DNA of 64,000 nucleotides from contig CATNEN010000038.1 in the NCBI GenBank assembly GCA_950097015.1, forward strand, positions 32,550,001 through 32,614,000, in the 5' to 3' direction. Shown one piece after another: positions 51,583 to 64,000 of the stretch (the stretch's first letter is position 1; every line of letters starts with the position of its first letter). The notes below the pieces were generated by a model. The model saw only the letters and a program-made list of their open reading frames with translations, made no database searches and was not told where the DNA came from. A program made the translations under genes and the position numbers. This DNA comes from Macrostomum hystrix (taxonomy: Eukaryota; Animalia; Platyhelminthes).

Positions 51583-52532
51583 TTCTACCCCTCTCATTCT
51601 ACACCCCTCATTCTAGCCCTCTCAATCTACCCCTCTCAATCTACCCCTCATTCTAGCCCTCTCATTCTACCCCTCTCAATATACCCCTCTCATTCTACCA
51701 CTCTCAATCTACCCCTCTCATTCTACCACTCTCAATCTACCCCTCTCATTCTACCCCTCTCAATCTACCCCTCTCATTCTACCCCTCTCATTCTACCCCT
51801 CTCATTCTACCCCACTCATTCTACCACTTTCATTCTACCCCTCGCAATCTACCCCTCTCATTCTACCCCTCGCAATCTACCCCTCTCAATCTACCCCTCT
51901 CAATTTACCACTCTCATTCTACCCCTATCATTCTACCCCACTCATTCTACCACTCGCAATCTACCCCTCTCATTCTACCCCTCTCAATCTACCCTCTCAT
52001 TCTACCCCTCTCAATCTACCCCTCTCAATCTACCCCTCTCAATCTACCCCTCTAATTCTACCCCTCTCATTCTACCCCTCTCATTCTACCCCTCTCATTC
52101 TACCACTCTCAATCTACCCCTCTCATTCTACCCCTCTCAATCTACCCCTCTCAATCTATCCCTCTCATTCTACCCCTCTCATTCTACCCCTCTTATTCTA
52201 CCACTCTCATTCTACCCCTCTCATTCTACCCCTCTCAATCTACCCCTCTCATTCTACCCCTCTCATTCTACCACTCTCATTCTACCCCTCGCAATCTACC
52301 CCTCTCATTCTACCCCTCGCAATCTACCCCTCTCAATCTACCCCTCTCAATCTAACACTCTCATTCTACCCCTCTCATTCTACCCCTCTCATTCTACCAC
52401 TCTCATTCTACCCCTCTCATTCTACCCCTCTCAATCTACCCCTCTCATTCTACCCCTCTCATTCTACCACTCTCATTCTACCCCTCCCAATCTACCCCTC
52501 TCAATCTACCCCTCCCATTCTAGCCCCTCCCC
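51583..52532. repeat. 14-bp minisatellite (TCTACCCCTCTCAW)
   Basis: Direct reading. Confidence 0.95.
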
Positions 52533-52844
52533 TTAGTCTGAAGACTGCGAAAATGCACAATGCTAGGAGTCTGCGCAATACGCTCTGCTCACGCCGAAAA
52601 AAGTGGCCTAGAAAAAGATGAGTTTAATTAAGCCTTGGCTGGCGTGGCCCGGGAAAAAAACCAGCATTCGATGCGAAATATATTTACACAAATTTACTTG
52701 AACTAAAAATGATGCTATTTTTATATTCTGCGCATTATGTTTTCATTAATTATATCGGCACGCTTATTGAATACGTGAGCTTCACAAACGGCCTACTTAA
52801 CTGAGTACAGGAAGATAGTTGACAGAGATTGGGCAGAGTTTAAG

Positions 52845-53885
52845 GGGAGATGGGAGGTAGATAAAGGGAGAGACTGAAGGGAGATAAAGGAGAGATGGAT
52901 GGGAGATCGAGGAGAGATGAAGGGAGAGACGGAGGGGAGATTAAGGGAGAGACGGAGGGGAGATAAAGGGACAGACGGATGGGAGATAAAGGTGAGACGG
53001 ATGGGAGAAGGAGGAGAAATGAAGCAAGAGACTGAGGAGAGATAAAGGGAGAGCCGGAGGGGAGATAAAGGAGAGACGGGGGGGAGATAAAAGAGAGATG
53101 GAGGAGATGAAGGGATAGATGGAGGAGATGGAGGGAGAGATGGAGGAGATGGAGGAGATGACGGGAGAGGTGGAGGAGATGAAGGGAGAGATGGAGGAGA
53201 TGAAGGGAGAGATGGAGGAGATGACGGGAGAGATGGAGGAGATGGAGGAGATGAAGGGAGAGGTGGAGGAGATGAAGGGAGAGGTGGAGGAGATGAAGGG
53301 AGAGATGGAGGAGATGACGGGAGAGGTGGAGGAGATGGAGGGAGAGGTGGAGGAGATGAAGGGAGAGGTGGAGGAGATGAAGGGAGAGGTGGAGGAGATG
53401 AAGGGAGAGGTGGAGGAGATGAAGGGAGAGGTGGAGGAGATGAAGGGAGAGGTGGAGGAGATGAAGGGAGAGGTGGAGGAGATGAAGGGAGAGGTGGAGG
53501 AGATGAAGGGAGAGATGGAGGAGATGAAGGGAGAGATGGAGGAGATGAAGGGAGAGATGGAGGAGATGACGGGAGAGATGGAGGAGATGAAGGGAGAGGT
53601 GGAGGAGATGAAGGGAGAGATGGAGGAGATGACGGGAGAGGTGGAGGAGATGGAGGAGATGGAGGGAGAGGTGGAGGAGATGAAGGGAGAGGTGGAGGAG
53701 ATGAAGGGAGAGGTGGAGGAGATGAAGGGAGAGATGGAGGAGATGAAGGGAGAGGTGGAGGAGATGAAGGGAGAGATGGAGGAGATGAAGGGAGAGGTGG
53801 AGGAGATGAAGGGAGAGATGGAGGGAGAGATGGAAGAGATGAAGGGAGAGATGGAGGAGATGAAGGGATCAAGGGGAGAGATGAG
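52845..53885. repeat. 21-bp purine-rich minisatellite (GGAGGAGATGAAGGGAGAGRT)
   Basis: Direct reading. Confidence 0.95.
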
Positions 53886-54589
53886 AATGTATGAGATAGA
53901 GGTATATTGATACAACTGATTTCTGAAAATTGATCTATTGAAAAAATGAAGTCTAAAACCAGTCTAATACAGCAACCAAACTGCTAATGAAGTCATATAT
54001 GATGTGTGCAAATAATATCTATTCGTATTTTAATTTTTTCCGAAAATGGATACTCATGAGGTATAAATAATTATTGGGTTAATTTTGTCAGAGGACACTG
54101 CAGTCGGTAAGATGCGCAAAATGCTCGCAGATCAAGATGCTCTAGGTCTCAATGCTTCTCTGCCTCAAATTGAAAGGGCTGCAGGGCGTATCTCCAAGTG
54201 AAAGTTGAGCCTCATTATGTCTATAGGCAGCACACACACACGGGTTGGGGCCACGACGCAAAATGAAACCATTTTGGATCAAGATGCGAAAGCTGCACAT
54301 TCTCTCTCGAGGAAGATGAAAATTTATAATGGAGGGGGGCAAACCAAGCCCCTATTTAAGAAAGATGTGTTCCAAAAATTTGCTCTTAATTTGCTTGCTC
54401 AAAAATTGTGACTGAAATGAATATTATTGCTTACGCAAGGCTTCAAAATCAGAATCTTAGCTTCTTGTGAAATTCTACATGTAAATTTCGAGTATTGACG
54501 AATCATGATGTGTTCCTCTCGCTGATTGGTAAGTAAACGATTGATTTTTTGGAATTCAAACCCGTCTGTTTGTTTATTTTTCTAGATCT

Positions 54590-54772
54590 GTCCGCTTCTC
54601 TTTCAGTTCAGTCTGTCTGTCTGTCTGTCTGCCTTTGAGTTCTGTCTCTTAGTCTTTCAGTTGTCTGTCTATCTGCCTGTCTTTCCGTTCTGTCTGTCTG
54701 TCTTTCAGATCTATCTGTCTGTCTGTCTGTCTGTCTGTCTTTCAGTTCTGTCTGTCTGTCTTTCAGTTCAGT

Positions 54773-54807
<35 letters not shown>

Positions 54808-54962
54808 TTGAGTTCTGTCTCTTAGTCTTTCAGTTGTCTGTCTATCTGCCTGTCTTTCCGTTCTGTCTGTCTGTCTTTCAGATCTATCTGTCTGTCTGTC
54901 TGTCTGTCTTTCAGTTCTGTCTGTCTGTCTTTCAGTTCTGTCTGTCTGTCTTTCAGTTCAGT

Positions 54963-54993
<31 letters not shown>

Positions 54994-55320
54994 TTGAGTT
55001 CTGTCTCTTAGTCTTTCAGTTGTCTGTCTATCTGCCTGTCTTTCCGTTCTGTCTGTCTGTCTTTCAGATCTATCTGTCTGTCTGTCTGTCTTTCTTTCAG
55101 TTCTGTCTGTCTGTCTGTCTTTCAGTTCTGTCTGCCTGTCTTTTAGTTCTGTCTGTCTGTCTGTCTTTCAGTTCTCTCTGTCTTTCTTTCAGTTCTCTCT
55201 GTCTTTCTTTCAGTTCTGTCTGTCTATCTGCGTGTCTTTCCGTTCTATCTGTCTTTCAGTTCTGTCTGTCTATCTGCCTGTTTTTCCGTTCTGTCTGTCT
55301 GTCTTTCAGATCTGTCTCTT
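54590..55320. repeat. TCTG-based compound repeat with ~190-bp higher-order blocks
   Basis: The block TTTGAGTTCTGTCTCTTAGTCTTTCAGTTG occurs three times. Confidence 0.9.
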
Positions 55321-55635
55321 AGTCTTTTAAGACAGTGACTCTGTTGTTTTAAAAAATGACATCTTTATCACATCAGTACATTGTCAGTCGTCACGATAAT
55401 CACAATATTCTACTAAATGGGATAGTAGTGTAAGTTGTACTGATATTATAAATGAGAAAGGACACATAAATGTTCATTTTAATCAAAACTAATCATTACA
55501 ATGTTACTTTCGTAATATTATTAAATTCATACTTGCAGCTGATCAAAAACTTTAATGCTGATAGCCAGTTGTTAGCTGAACAATTAAAATCACGAATGCG
55601 ACACCTTTCAATATCATGTTTCCACAGTTTGTATT

Positions 55636-56900
55636 ACATCACATCCCATTCCATCACATCCCATTCCATCATATCCCATTCCATCACATCCCATTCCATC
55701 ATATCCCATTCCATCACATTCCATTCCATTATATCCCATTCCATCATATCCCATTCCATTACATCCCATTTCCTCACATCACATTCCATTATATCCCATT
55801 CCACCACATCCCATTCCATCACATCCCATTGCATCATATCCCATTTCCTCACATCACATTCCATTATATCCCATTCCATCATATCCCATTCCATCATATC
55901 CCATTCCATCACATCCCATTCCATCATATCCCATTCCATCATATCCCATTCCATTACATCCCATTTCCTCACATCCCATTTGCTCACATCACATTCCATT
56001 ATATCCCATTCCATCATATCCCATTCCATCACATCCCATTTGCTCACATCACATTCCATCATATCCCATTCCATCATATCCCATTTCCTCACATCACATT
56101 CCATTATATCCCATTCCATCATATCCCATTCCATCATATCCCATTCCATTACATCCCATTTCCTCACATCCCATTTGCTCACATCACATTCCATTATATC
56201 CCATTCCATCATATCCCATTCCATCACATCCCATTTGCTCACATCACATTCCATCATATCCCATTCCATCATATCCCATTCCATCACATCCCATTTCCTC
56301 ACATCACATTCCATTATATCCCATTCCATCACATCCCATTCCATCACATCCCATTGCATCATATCCCATTGCATCATATCTCATTACATCACATCCCATT
56401 CCATTATATCCCTTTCCATCATATCCCATTCCATCACATCCCATTCCATCATATCCCATTGCATCACATCCCATTCCATTATATCCCATTCCATCACATT
56501 CCATTCCATCACATCCCATTCCATCACATTCCATTCCATTATATCCCATTCCATCATATCCCATTCCATCACGTCCCATTCCATCACATCCCATTCGATC
56601 ACATCCCATTCCCTCACATCCCATTCCATTACATCCCATTCCATTATATCCCATTCCATTATATCCTATTCCATCACATTCCATTCCATCACATCCCATT
56701 CCATCACATTCCATTCCATTATATCCCATTCCATCATATCCCATTCCATCACGTCCCATTCCATCACATCCCATTCGATCACATCCCATTCCCTCACATC
56801 CCATTCCATCACATCCCATTCCCTCACATCCCATTCCATCACATACCATTCCATTATATCCCATTCCCTCACATCCCATTCCATCACATCCCATTCCATT
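55636..56900. repeat. 15-bp pentamer-built minisatellite (CCATT-CCATC-AYATC)
   Basis: About 84 units in an unbroken register. Confidence 0.96.
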
Positions 56901-57839
56901 AGAATATTCAGCAATTGCTCAATACTTAAAACTAGCCAAGTTATTGTTGATTGTCGGGGTTCGTATCCCAACAACACTAGAACAAGTTGTCCTTTGGCAA
57001 GACATTTGCTTAACTCAAGCTCTAACCAGCTGTTAAATGGGCAATAGCATTAGCTGCAGGGGTAAATTGAGGGTCGGTATGGCTTTCCCCCCAGTCCATG
57101 GACTGAACAGTTGTACATCTCAGATGCTCCGTGCACTATAGCTGAACGTAGATTAAGGCAGGTGAATTGGGAATTATTAATTATTCCCAATTTATATTCT
57201 ATTTAAATTACCTTATATTGCGAAAAACATTGCCAAATTGCACTTGCTTTCAAATCCAATGCTGTATAGCACTGCAGCAATCAATGCTATATTTAGCCCT
57301 GCTGCTGGCTTTGAGCACAGCTGGTTCTATCTGCGAGGGTTTGTTTCGCTTCCCCTCTGGTTGATAGCCGCCGTATATAATGGTAGTTGCTGACGAGTCA
57401 CTGGGAGAAGAAGGGGCCATGCAGGGAGGGGTTAGAGAGCAGCTTTGTGGGGATTGTCGAAACAGCTGGCTGGCATACTGATGTCTGCCGTGGTCTCCTC
57501 ACTTTTTGGGGAGGTCTCTTCTTCCGATTTTGAGCACAAGGGAAAAGTAGGGCTGAACCCGAATTGACATCTATATCTAATCAAAGTCTTATTGTGCTGC
57601 AAAGCAAAGCCAGGGGAATTAATAGAAGCACACAGGAAAAAGGTGCAGGTTTTCCCAAATTGAGGCTCATCGTAAATATTGGCAGTGCGCAGTGCTAGAG
57701 AGCCAGAGAAGGAGAGGGGGCAGAGCCCGGGATAGAAAGGAGAGGTGCCACACAATGTTGCATTTCGCGCTCTCTTGTCGGACTAATGGGCTGAAGAAGG
57801 CAAGGCTGGAGGGAGGTTGGGGCGGGTGTGCTCTCTCCG

Positions 57840-57935
57840 ACAGCCAATGCGTGAGAAGCATCCACGCGATCTCAGTCAGCGATAGAGAGGGAGAGAGAGG
57901 GACAGCCGACTGATAAAAATGAGCCTTATATAACA
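57840..57935 (+). promoter_or_regulatory. Putative Pol II core promoter (CCAAT ~57844, TATATAA ~57927)
   Basis: The motifs lie upstream of the putative 5'UTR exon and coding exon at 58.0-58.2 kb. Motif match only. Confidence 0.35.
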
Positions 57936-58124
57936 AGGAGAATTATTACTGACACCAACTAACAAAACAAGTCCACACCTCCATTAGCAAAAAGGATAGA
58001 AAAGGTAAATTTTTTTTATACTGTTGTTTTTTTACATTTTTGTCAGTAACAATCTTCTTTCTTTATTTTGCTTTGATTACTCAAATCAGGTCGAGCATCA
58101 GATAAGAGACTATTAGATATCGCC

Positions 58125-58221
58125 ATGGAGACATCGACGGGAGAGCCGGTCCAAGGCATCGAGGAGCAGCTGGCAGCATCTGTCAGTAGGCGCAAGCGCA
58201 AGCAGCGCCAGCCAATCAAGC
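58125..58221 (+). CDS. Probable first coding exon of a further gene (METSTGEPVQGIEEQLAASVSRRKRKQRQPIK), remainder not found in window
   Basis: Strong Kozak context (cgccATGg), 32 codons plus 1 nt, then a GTGAGT donor. Preceded by a plausible 85-bp 5'UTR intron (58005-58089, GTAAAT..CAG) and TATA/CCAAT motifs. The peptide resembles the RREB1 first exon. Confidence 0.55.
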
Positions 58222-58409
58222 GTGAGTCTGGGCTGGTGGCGGCGGGGAGGGGCGGGGGAGGCTGGGTGGAGGCTGGATGCGGCGGCTAGAGACTGGGGGC
58301 TTTCAACGAACATATTTTTTCTGTGTTTGCTTCTCTGTATTAAATATAATGTCTTCTCATTTTCATCAGGGACTCTCTTCTCTCCATCACCTTCCTTATC
58401 TACTTCTCC

Positions 58410-59068
58410 ACCCTCACTCTCCCTCTCTCTCCATCTCTCCCTCTCTCTCCCTCCATCTCTCCCCCCTCTCTCTCCATCTCTCCCTCTCTCTCCATCTCTC
58501 CCTCTCTCTCCATCTCTCCCTCTCTCTCCATCTCTCCCTCTCTCTCCCTCTCTCCCTCTCTCTCTCCATCTCTCTCTCCATCTCTCCCTCTCTCCCTCTC
58601 TCTCCATCTCTCCCTCTCTCTCCATCTCTCCCTCTCTCTCCATCTCTCCCTCTCTCTCCATCTCTCCCTCTCTCTCCATCTTTCCCTCTCTCTCTATCTC
58701 TCCCTCTCTCTCCATCTCTCCCTCTCTCTCTCCATCTCTCTCTCCATCTCTCCCTCTCTCCCTCTCTCTCCATCTCTCCCTCTCTCTCCATCTCTCCCTC
58801 TCTCCCTCTCTCTCCATCTCTCCCTCTCTCTCCATCTCTCCCTCTCTCTCTATCTCTCCCTCTCTCTCCATCTCTCCCTCTCTCTCTATCTCTCCCTCTC
58901 TCTCCATCTCTCCCTCTCTCTCCATCTCTCCCTCTCTCTCCATCTCTCCCTCTCTCTCCATCTCTCCCTCTCTCTCCATCTCTCCCTCTCTCTCCATCTC
59001 TCCCTCTCTCTCCATCTCTCCCTCTCTCTCCATCTCTCCCTCTCTCTCCATCTCTCCCTCTCTCTCTC
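58410..59068. repeat. 18-bp CT-rich minisatellite (CCATCTCTCCCTCTCTCT)
   Basis: Direct reading. Confidence 0.95.
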
Positions 59069-59597
59069 TTTAGCACCTAAGCGGATTCCCTAGAGGGGTT
59101 ATCAATGAGGCAAGATGTTTAAATTTGCTCAAACAATTCACATTGATTGCTTCGATTTTCATCAAAAAGCTATGTGCATGCCCATTTGCAATAGAAAATT
59201 GATTCGATAATTAACTTTCTCACCTTTTACATTTGCTCGTATTATGTAATGCGATGAAACTGGTTAACTATTGATTGAGTTCAGTTGAGTCCTTGGTTGA
59301 GTATGCTTTACGCAATCAATAGGCAAAAAATCGCATCACCATCCATCAGTCTCTCATGGGATTCAAGTTTTTAAGGAGCCCTATAAAGGGATAGGATAAT
59401 GGATTAAATATGTGATAAAATTGGTGGAAGGCATTGTGCTTCCCGGTCAGTTAAACCGCCGGAAGCAGCAGCAGCAGCAGCAGCTCAGGCTTTCCCCATT
59501 ATTTTTTTCTGCATTGGAAAATTTACGGCGCACCGCGCCGATTCGACCGCCATTGCACAGCGGAGAAGAGCTCGAAAAGGTTATCGCCTCTTCTGCT

Positions 59598-59642
<45 letters not shown>

Positions 59643-60377
59643 CGGCTGGATATTTTATTGGCGGGTTGAGGATTTTCGAAGCAGCTACGCATGCAGAAGT
59701 AAATGAAGTCTCTATAGGTGTAGTGGGAGCGAGTGAGGTTATGGGATCTGGAATCGAGTATGCTGTTGGGGGGGGACTCATGAAGTGTGGGATCGGAAGC
59801 GGGCAGCTGTTTCCACTGCTGCAGATGTTTCTGAAGGCGCTTTTTCTCCCTCCCTACCTCCTCCCTTTTCTATTTTTCTCGGCTTGAGCAGAATTGCTGC
59901 ACGGAGGGGGTGGGTGCGAGGAGCTCACGGAGGAGGAGGAAGGGACGGACGGGTCGGCGGCGGAGCAGCAGATGACTCCTAGTTGGAAGGGGGTGGGATT
60001 TTTCCCCTCCTTCTTCCTCCATTCCTCCCAGTCTGTGTGTATTAAGCAGCTCCTCCGCTTGCACTCGGCCAGCTATACAGGGGCTCGTGTTTGCAGTGAG
60101 GGAGCAGGCTTAAAACTCTCGATCCCTCCGTGTCTGTCGTCTCCTCTTTTGCAATCGTCTCCTTCTTTTACTTCTCCGTCTCTGTCTCTCCGGAGCCACG
60201 GGCCAAGCGGATAACCAGCGCTCTCCGCTGCAGGTCGCGTTTGTCTCAGTCGCTTCCCATTCCTGCTGAGCACAGTGCACCGTGCATGATTTGGGAGAAA
60301 CTCTACAATCCTACCGCTTTAGCTGCGGGAGAAATGGGAAGAGAAAGAGAGAGGCAGGCAACAGCTGGCGAATGCCA

Positions 60378-60417
<40 letters not shown>

Positions 60418-60589
60418 GGCTGCGGCAAGACACTGGAAAGAATAGAAGGAAATTTCGCGTCTCAAATTAATCGCCCTTCGCGTCGCAGATCAGTTTTCCT
60501 TTTTTGCAATTATCTCCTATTTTGTCTGAGTTCGTAATCGTGAAATGGGATTTTCGCGATAGGATCTTAATAAGTGGGATAAATGGGCT

Positions 60590-61366
60590 ATTTGGAATGT
60601 GATATTTTGAATGGAATATTGTGAATGGAATATTGTGAATGGGATATTGTGAATGGGATATTGTGAATGGGATATTGTGAATGGGATATTGTGAATGGGA
60701 TATTGTGAATGGGATATTGTGAATGGGATATTGTGAATGGGATATTGTGAATGGGATATTGTGAATGGGATATTGTGAATGGGATATTGTGAATGGGATA
60801 TTGTGAATGGGATATTGTGAATGGGATATTGTGAATGGGATATTGTGAATGGGATATTGTGAATGGGATATTGTGAATGGGATATTGTGAATGGGATATT
60901 GTGAATGGGATATTGTGAATGGGATATTGTGAATGGGATATTGTGAATGGGATATTGTGAATGGGATATTGTGAATGGGATATTGTGAATGGGATATTGT
61001 GAATGGGATATTGTGAATGGGATATTGTGAATGGGATATTGTGAATGGGATATTGTGAATGGGATATTGTAAATGTGATATTGTGAATGGGATATTGTGA
61101 ATGGGATATTGTGAATGGGATATTGTGAATGGGATATTGTGAATGGGATATTGTGAATGGGATATTGTGAATGGGATATTGTGAATGGGATATTGTGAAT
61201 GGGATATTGTGAATGGGATATTGTGAATGGGATATTGTGAATGGCATATTGTGAATGGCATATTGTGAATGGCATATTGTGAATGGGATATTGTGAATGG
61301 CATATTGTGAATGGCATATTGTGAATGGGATATTGTGAATGGGATATTGTGAATGGGATATTGTGA
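60590..61366. repeat. 14-bp minisatellite (GGGATATTGTGAAT)
   Basis: About 54 mostly perfect units. Confidence 0.96.
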
Positions 61367-61976
61367 ACGACTTGCCGGAAATGAGTTGTTGACTCCATCA
61401 CTTTTATGGGTGCGGAGATTGGCATTTAGTGATTGGGATGGTAAAAAACGCCCATGATGTAACAAATCGGGGTCAATGGCATGCAAATTCAACCGCATAA
61501 GAAATTAGTTGAATACTGAATTGCCTTTTGATAGTATACTGCGGTTCCTCAAGTGTAATGGATAAATTAGTTCAGTTTATTTAACACAAAATGGCTATAG
61601 TTTCAAATGGACTACGGATTAATTTACTTTATACCAACGCTGGCCCTGACCTAGCAACAAGGAGTTTGACATTGTATAAACATTGTATAAACATCTTGCT
61701 TACAAACGGCCAATTCTTGAGCTCTATCCCAAATAGGGTCAAATATCAACCGCATGACAACAGACTCAAGACTGTCGAAATTGAACCCGAATCCAACCAT
61801 CTCGCCAGTGTCTATGGCAAACTTCCCCCCCCCCCCAATGTTGAAGTTGAATCACCATTGAATTTACAGATTGGGTTTTTTAATTTGCTAATGCAGAACA
61901 CTTTAAAAGTTAGAGGTGTGCTGCAATGTTTACAAAATAAGACACAATATTTGGCCGTGTTATTCGTACAACACAA

Positions 61977-61989
61977 TATCTATCTACTC

Positions 61990-62044
<55 letters not shown>

Positions 62045-62113
62045 CGTCGTATCTATCTATCTATCCATCTATCTATCTATCTATCTATCTACGTCGTATC
62101 TATCTATCTATCC

Positions 62114-62171
<58 letters not shown>

Positions 62172-62337
62172 AAATCTATCTATCTATCTATCTGTCTATC
62201 TATCTATCTACGTCGTATCTATCTATCTATCCATCTATCTATCTATCTATCTGTCTATCTATCTATCTATCTATCTATCTATAAATCTATCTATCTATCT
62301 ATCTGTCTATCTATCTATCTACTCGTATCTATCTATC

Positions 62338-62368
<31 letters not shown>

Positions 62369-62377
62369 CTATCTATA

Positions 62378-62440
<63 letters not shown>

Positions 62441-62441
62441 A

Positions 62442-62486
<45 letters not shown>
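61977..62486. repeat. (TCTA)n / GATA microsatellite
   Basis: Direct reading. Confidence 0.95.
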
Positions 62487-62489
<3 letters not shown>

Positions 62490-63123
62490 GTGTTTGTAGA
62501 TAATAGTCAAAGCACAACATTAAATCTCTGTTTTTCAGCAGGTATATCGTCAAAAAAACAAAATGACATGCAGTTTTCAGTTAGCAAACAGTTTAACCAA
62601 GCATGAAATTGACCAATCTGTACAATTCTAGATGAAATTAGCATTACCATATGAGGGTTTAGCAGGCATAACACATTGTTAGCTAGTGTGTTTATTATCA
62701 GTTTCTCTAACGTGGCTGTCGCTAGCGGCCTACACAAGTACCTCCCCCTGCCTCCTCCTGTGAATTCCAAACTCGATGTAAATCAGTCTAAAAAACAGCT
62801 GCAGGAATGTTTGCAAGCGGCAGCCAAGGCATGCATATTGCAGAGAAGAACAGAGCCGGAAGCTAAGCAATCTGAGAAGGCCTCCCCATTCACCGCCCAA
62901 TTAGCAAATCTGCGTGAAGGAAAACGATGCCTAATAAAAAAGTTTCGAAATGACCGACTCTCTCTATGATCGCCCACTGACTGCAGCTAAATAGCGGTCA
63001 CTTACAGCTGCAGTCGCATTGGATTACATTATCTATTGCTGCTTGGCCATGCAGAGATGTCCGTTTGTGTGAGAGTGGGGCAGCTTGCATTTCAGACATG
63101 CTTGAGCAACTGTGTTGCAGACT

Positions 63124-63156
<33 letters not shown>

Positions 63157-64000
63157 AGAAAACTCAAGCGCCCCACCTTCTGTGATTAGCATTTTCTTCT
63201 TTCGTTGCTTCACCCACCGGTAATCCATGCAATGCACTGATTTCTTCTCTTTTTTGATTATTTTTTATTTCGTTTAGTTTAAATTTAAAGTTTGTTCCGT
63301 CAGTAACTTGAAATTTCGGAAAGTAGATGAAATTTCGGAAAGTATAGCTCGCAGTAGAAATTTCGAAAAGTAGGAATTTCGGAAAGTACGAGCTATAAAT
63401 TTCGGAAATCCCTACTTTTGGATTATTCACGTCAACCCCGTATTGAGATTTTAGCTTCACAAACCTGGTTAATTTTCTACAGTCGAGAAGTGAAGAACAC
63501 AAACTCACGAACTGAAAGCAAACTGTGATAGAACTGAAAGCAATATGGAAGGTAACTCACGAACGCAGAGTTTAAAAATTCTTTAGCTTTCTTCACCGTA
63601 AGAAATGAATGCAAAAACTTCAATGGCATTCTGAAGCCCAAAGATACCACACTCTGGGCTGGAAGGAAATGAAAACTAGGAGCCGAGAGCAACATAATTG
63701 CAACAGTCTTTCTTGGAATCGATTGAAGCATTTCTCTGGTGTATCGATTTAGCTTCCCTGTTAATATCCCGAATCCTTAGTATCTATAGAGGATCAAAAC
63801 GTGACTGCCTGCTTTTAGAAAATTAATCTCACTGCTTTAGTCTGAAAGTCTCCCTTCTTTAGCTGCTCAATTAGAATATAAAACAGTTCTTCTGTTTGAA
63901 ATGAGAGGCTAGAACAGAATGAAATCTACAGTTGTGGGATGTAGCAGTCGCGATGTTAGATTTTTTTCTACCTTGTAATTTTTAAGCCTCAAATTCCGGT

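Noticed and set aside
59412-59669. Poly-Q protein ORF
   Set aside because: It starts at GTG, has no domain and no convincing splice context. It is explained by CAG microsatellites.
835-62499. Long repetitive ORFs in the track (e.g. 11352-12944, 32785-33930, 48511-49966, 52793-53915, 55470-57047, 60467-61498)
   Set aside because: They are translations of stop-free minisatellite units, often open in several frames or on both strands, and mostly lie inside introns bounded by good splice sites.

Overview
Eukaryotic (animal) genomic DNA, not prokaryotic. It has GT-AG introns, GC/CpG-rich exons with poly-Ala/poly-Gln runs, and about 30 distinct minisatellite arrays covering roughly a third of the window (hand estimate ~23 kb). 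The style resembles a free-living flatworm such as Macrostomum; this is inference only. Spliced genes reconstructed by hand with consistent intron phases: a classical calpain (- strand, 3' end outside the window), an uncharacterised Cys-rich 629-aa protein (+), an RREB1/hindsight-like C2H2 zinc-finger factor (-), a rhodopsin-family GPCR (+), Asterix/WDR83OS (+), and Jouberin/AHI1 (+). A further gene, missed by the ORF track, has a probable first coding exon at 58.1 kb (+). Mobile DNA includes a decayed Merlin/ISXO2-type DNA transposon with TIRs, a TA-flanked MITE-like element and two families of tRNA-derived SINE remnants. The most notable patterns are: (1) nearly every intron is filled by its own minisatellite, with locus-specific shared cores; (2) a CpG-decay (methylation) boundary runs through a single transposon; (3) Asterix and AHI1 may form an operon or share a first exon; (4) two genes begin with a similar RKQxxP (NuRD-recruiting-type) first exon. 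Most long ORFs in the supplied track are repeat artefacts.
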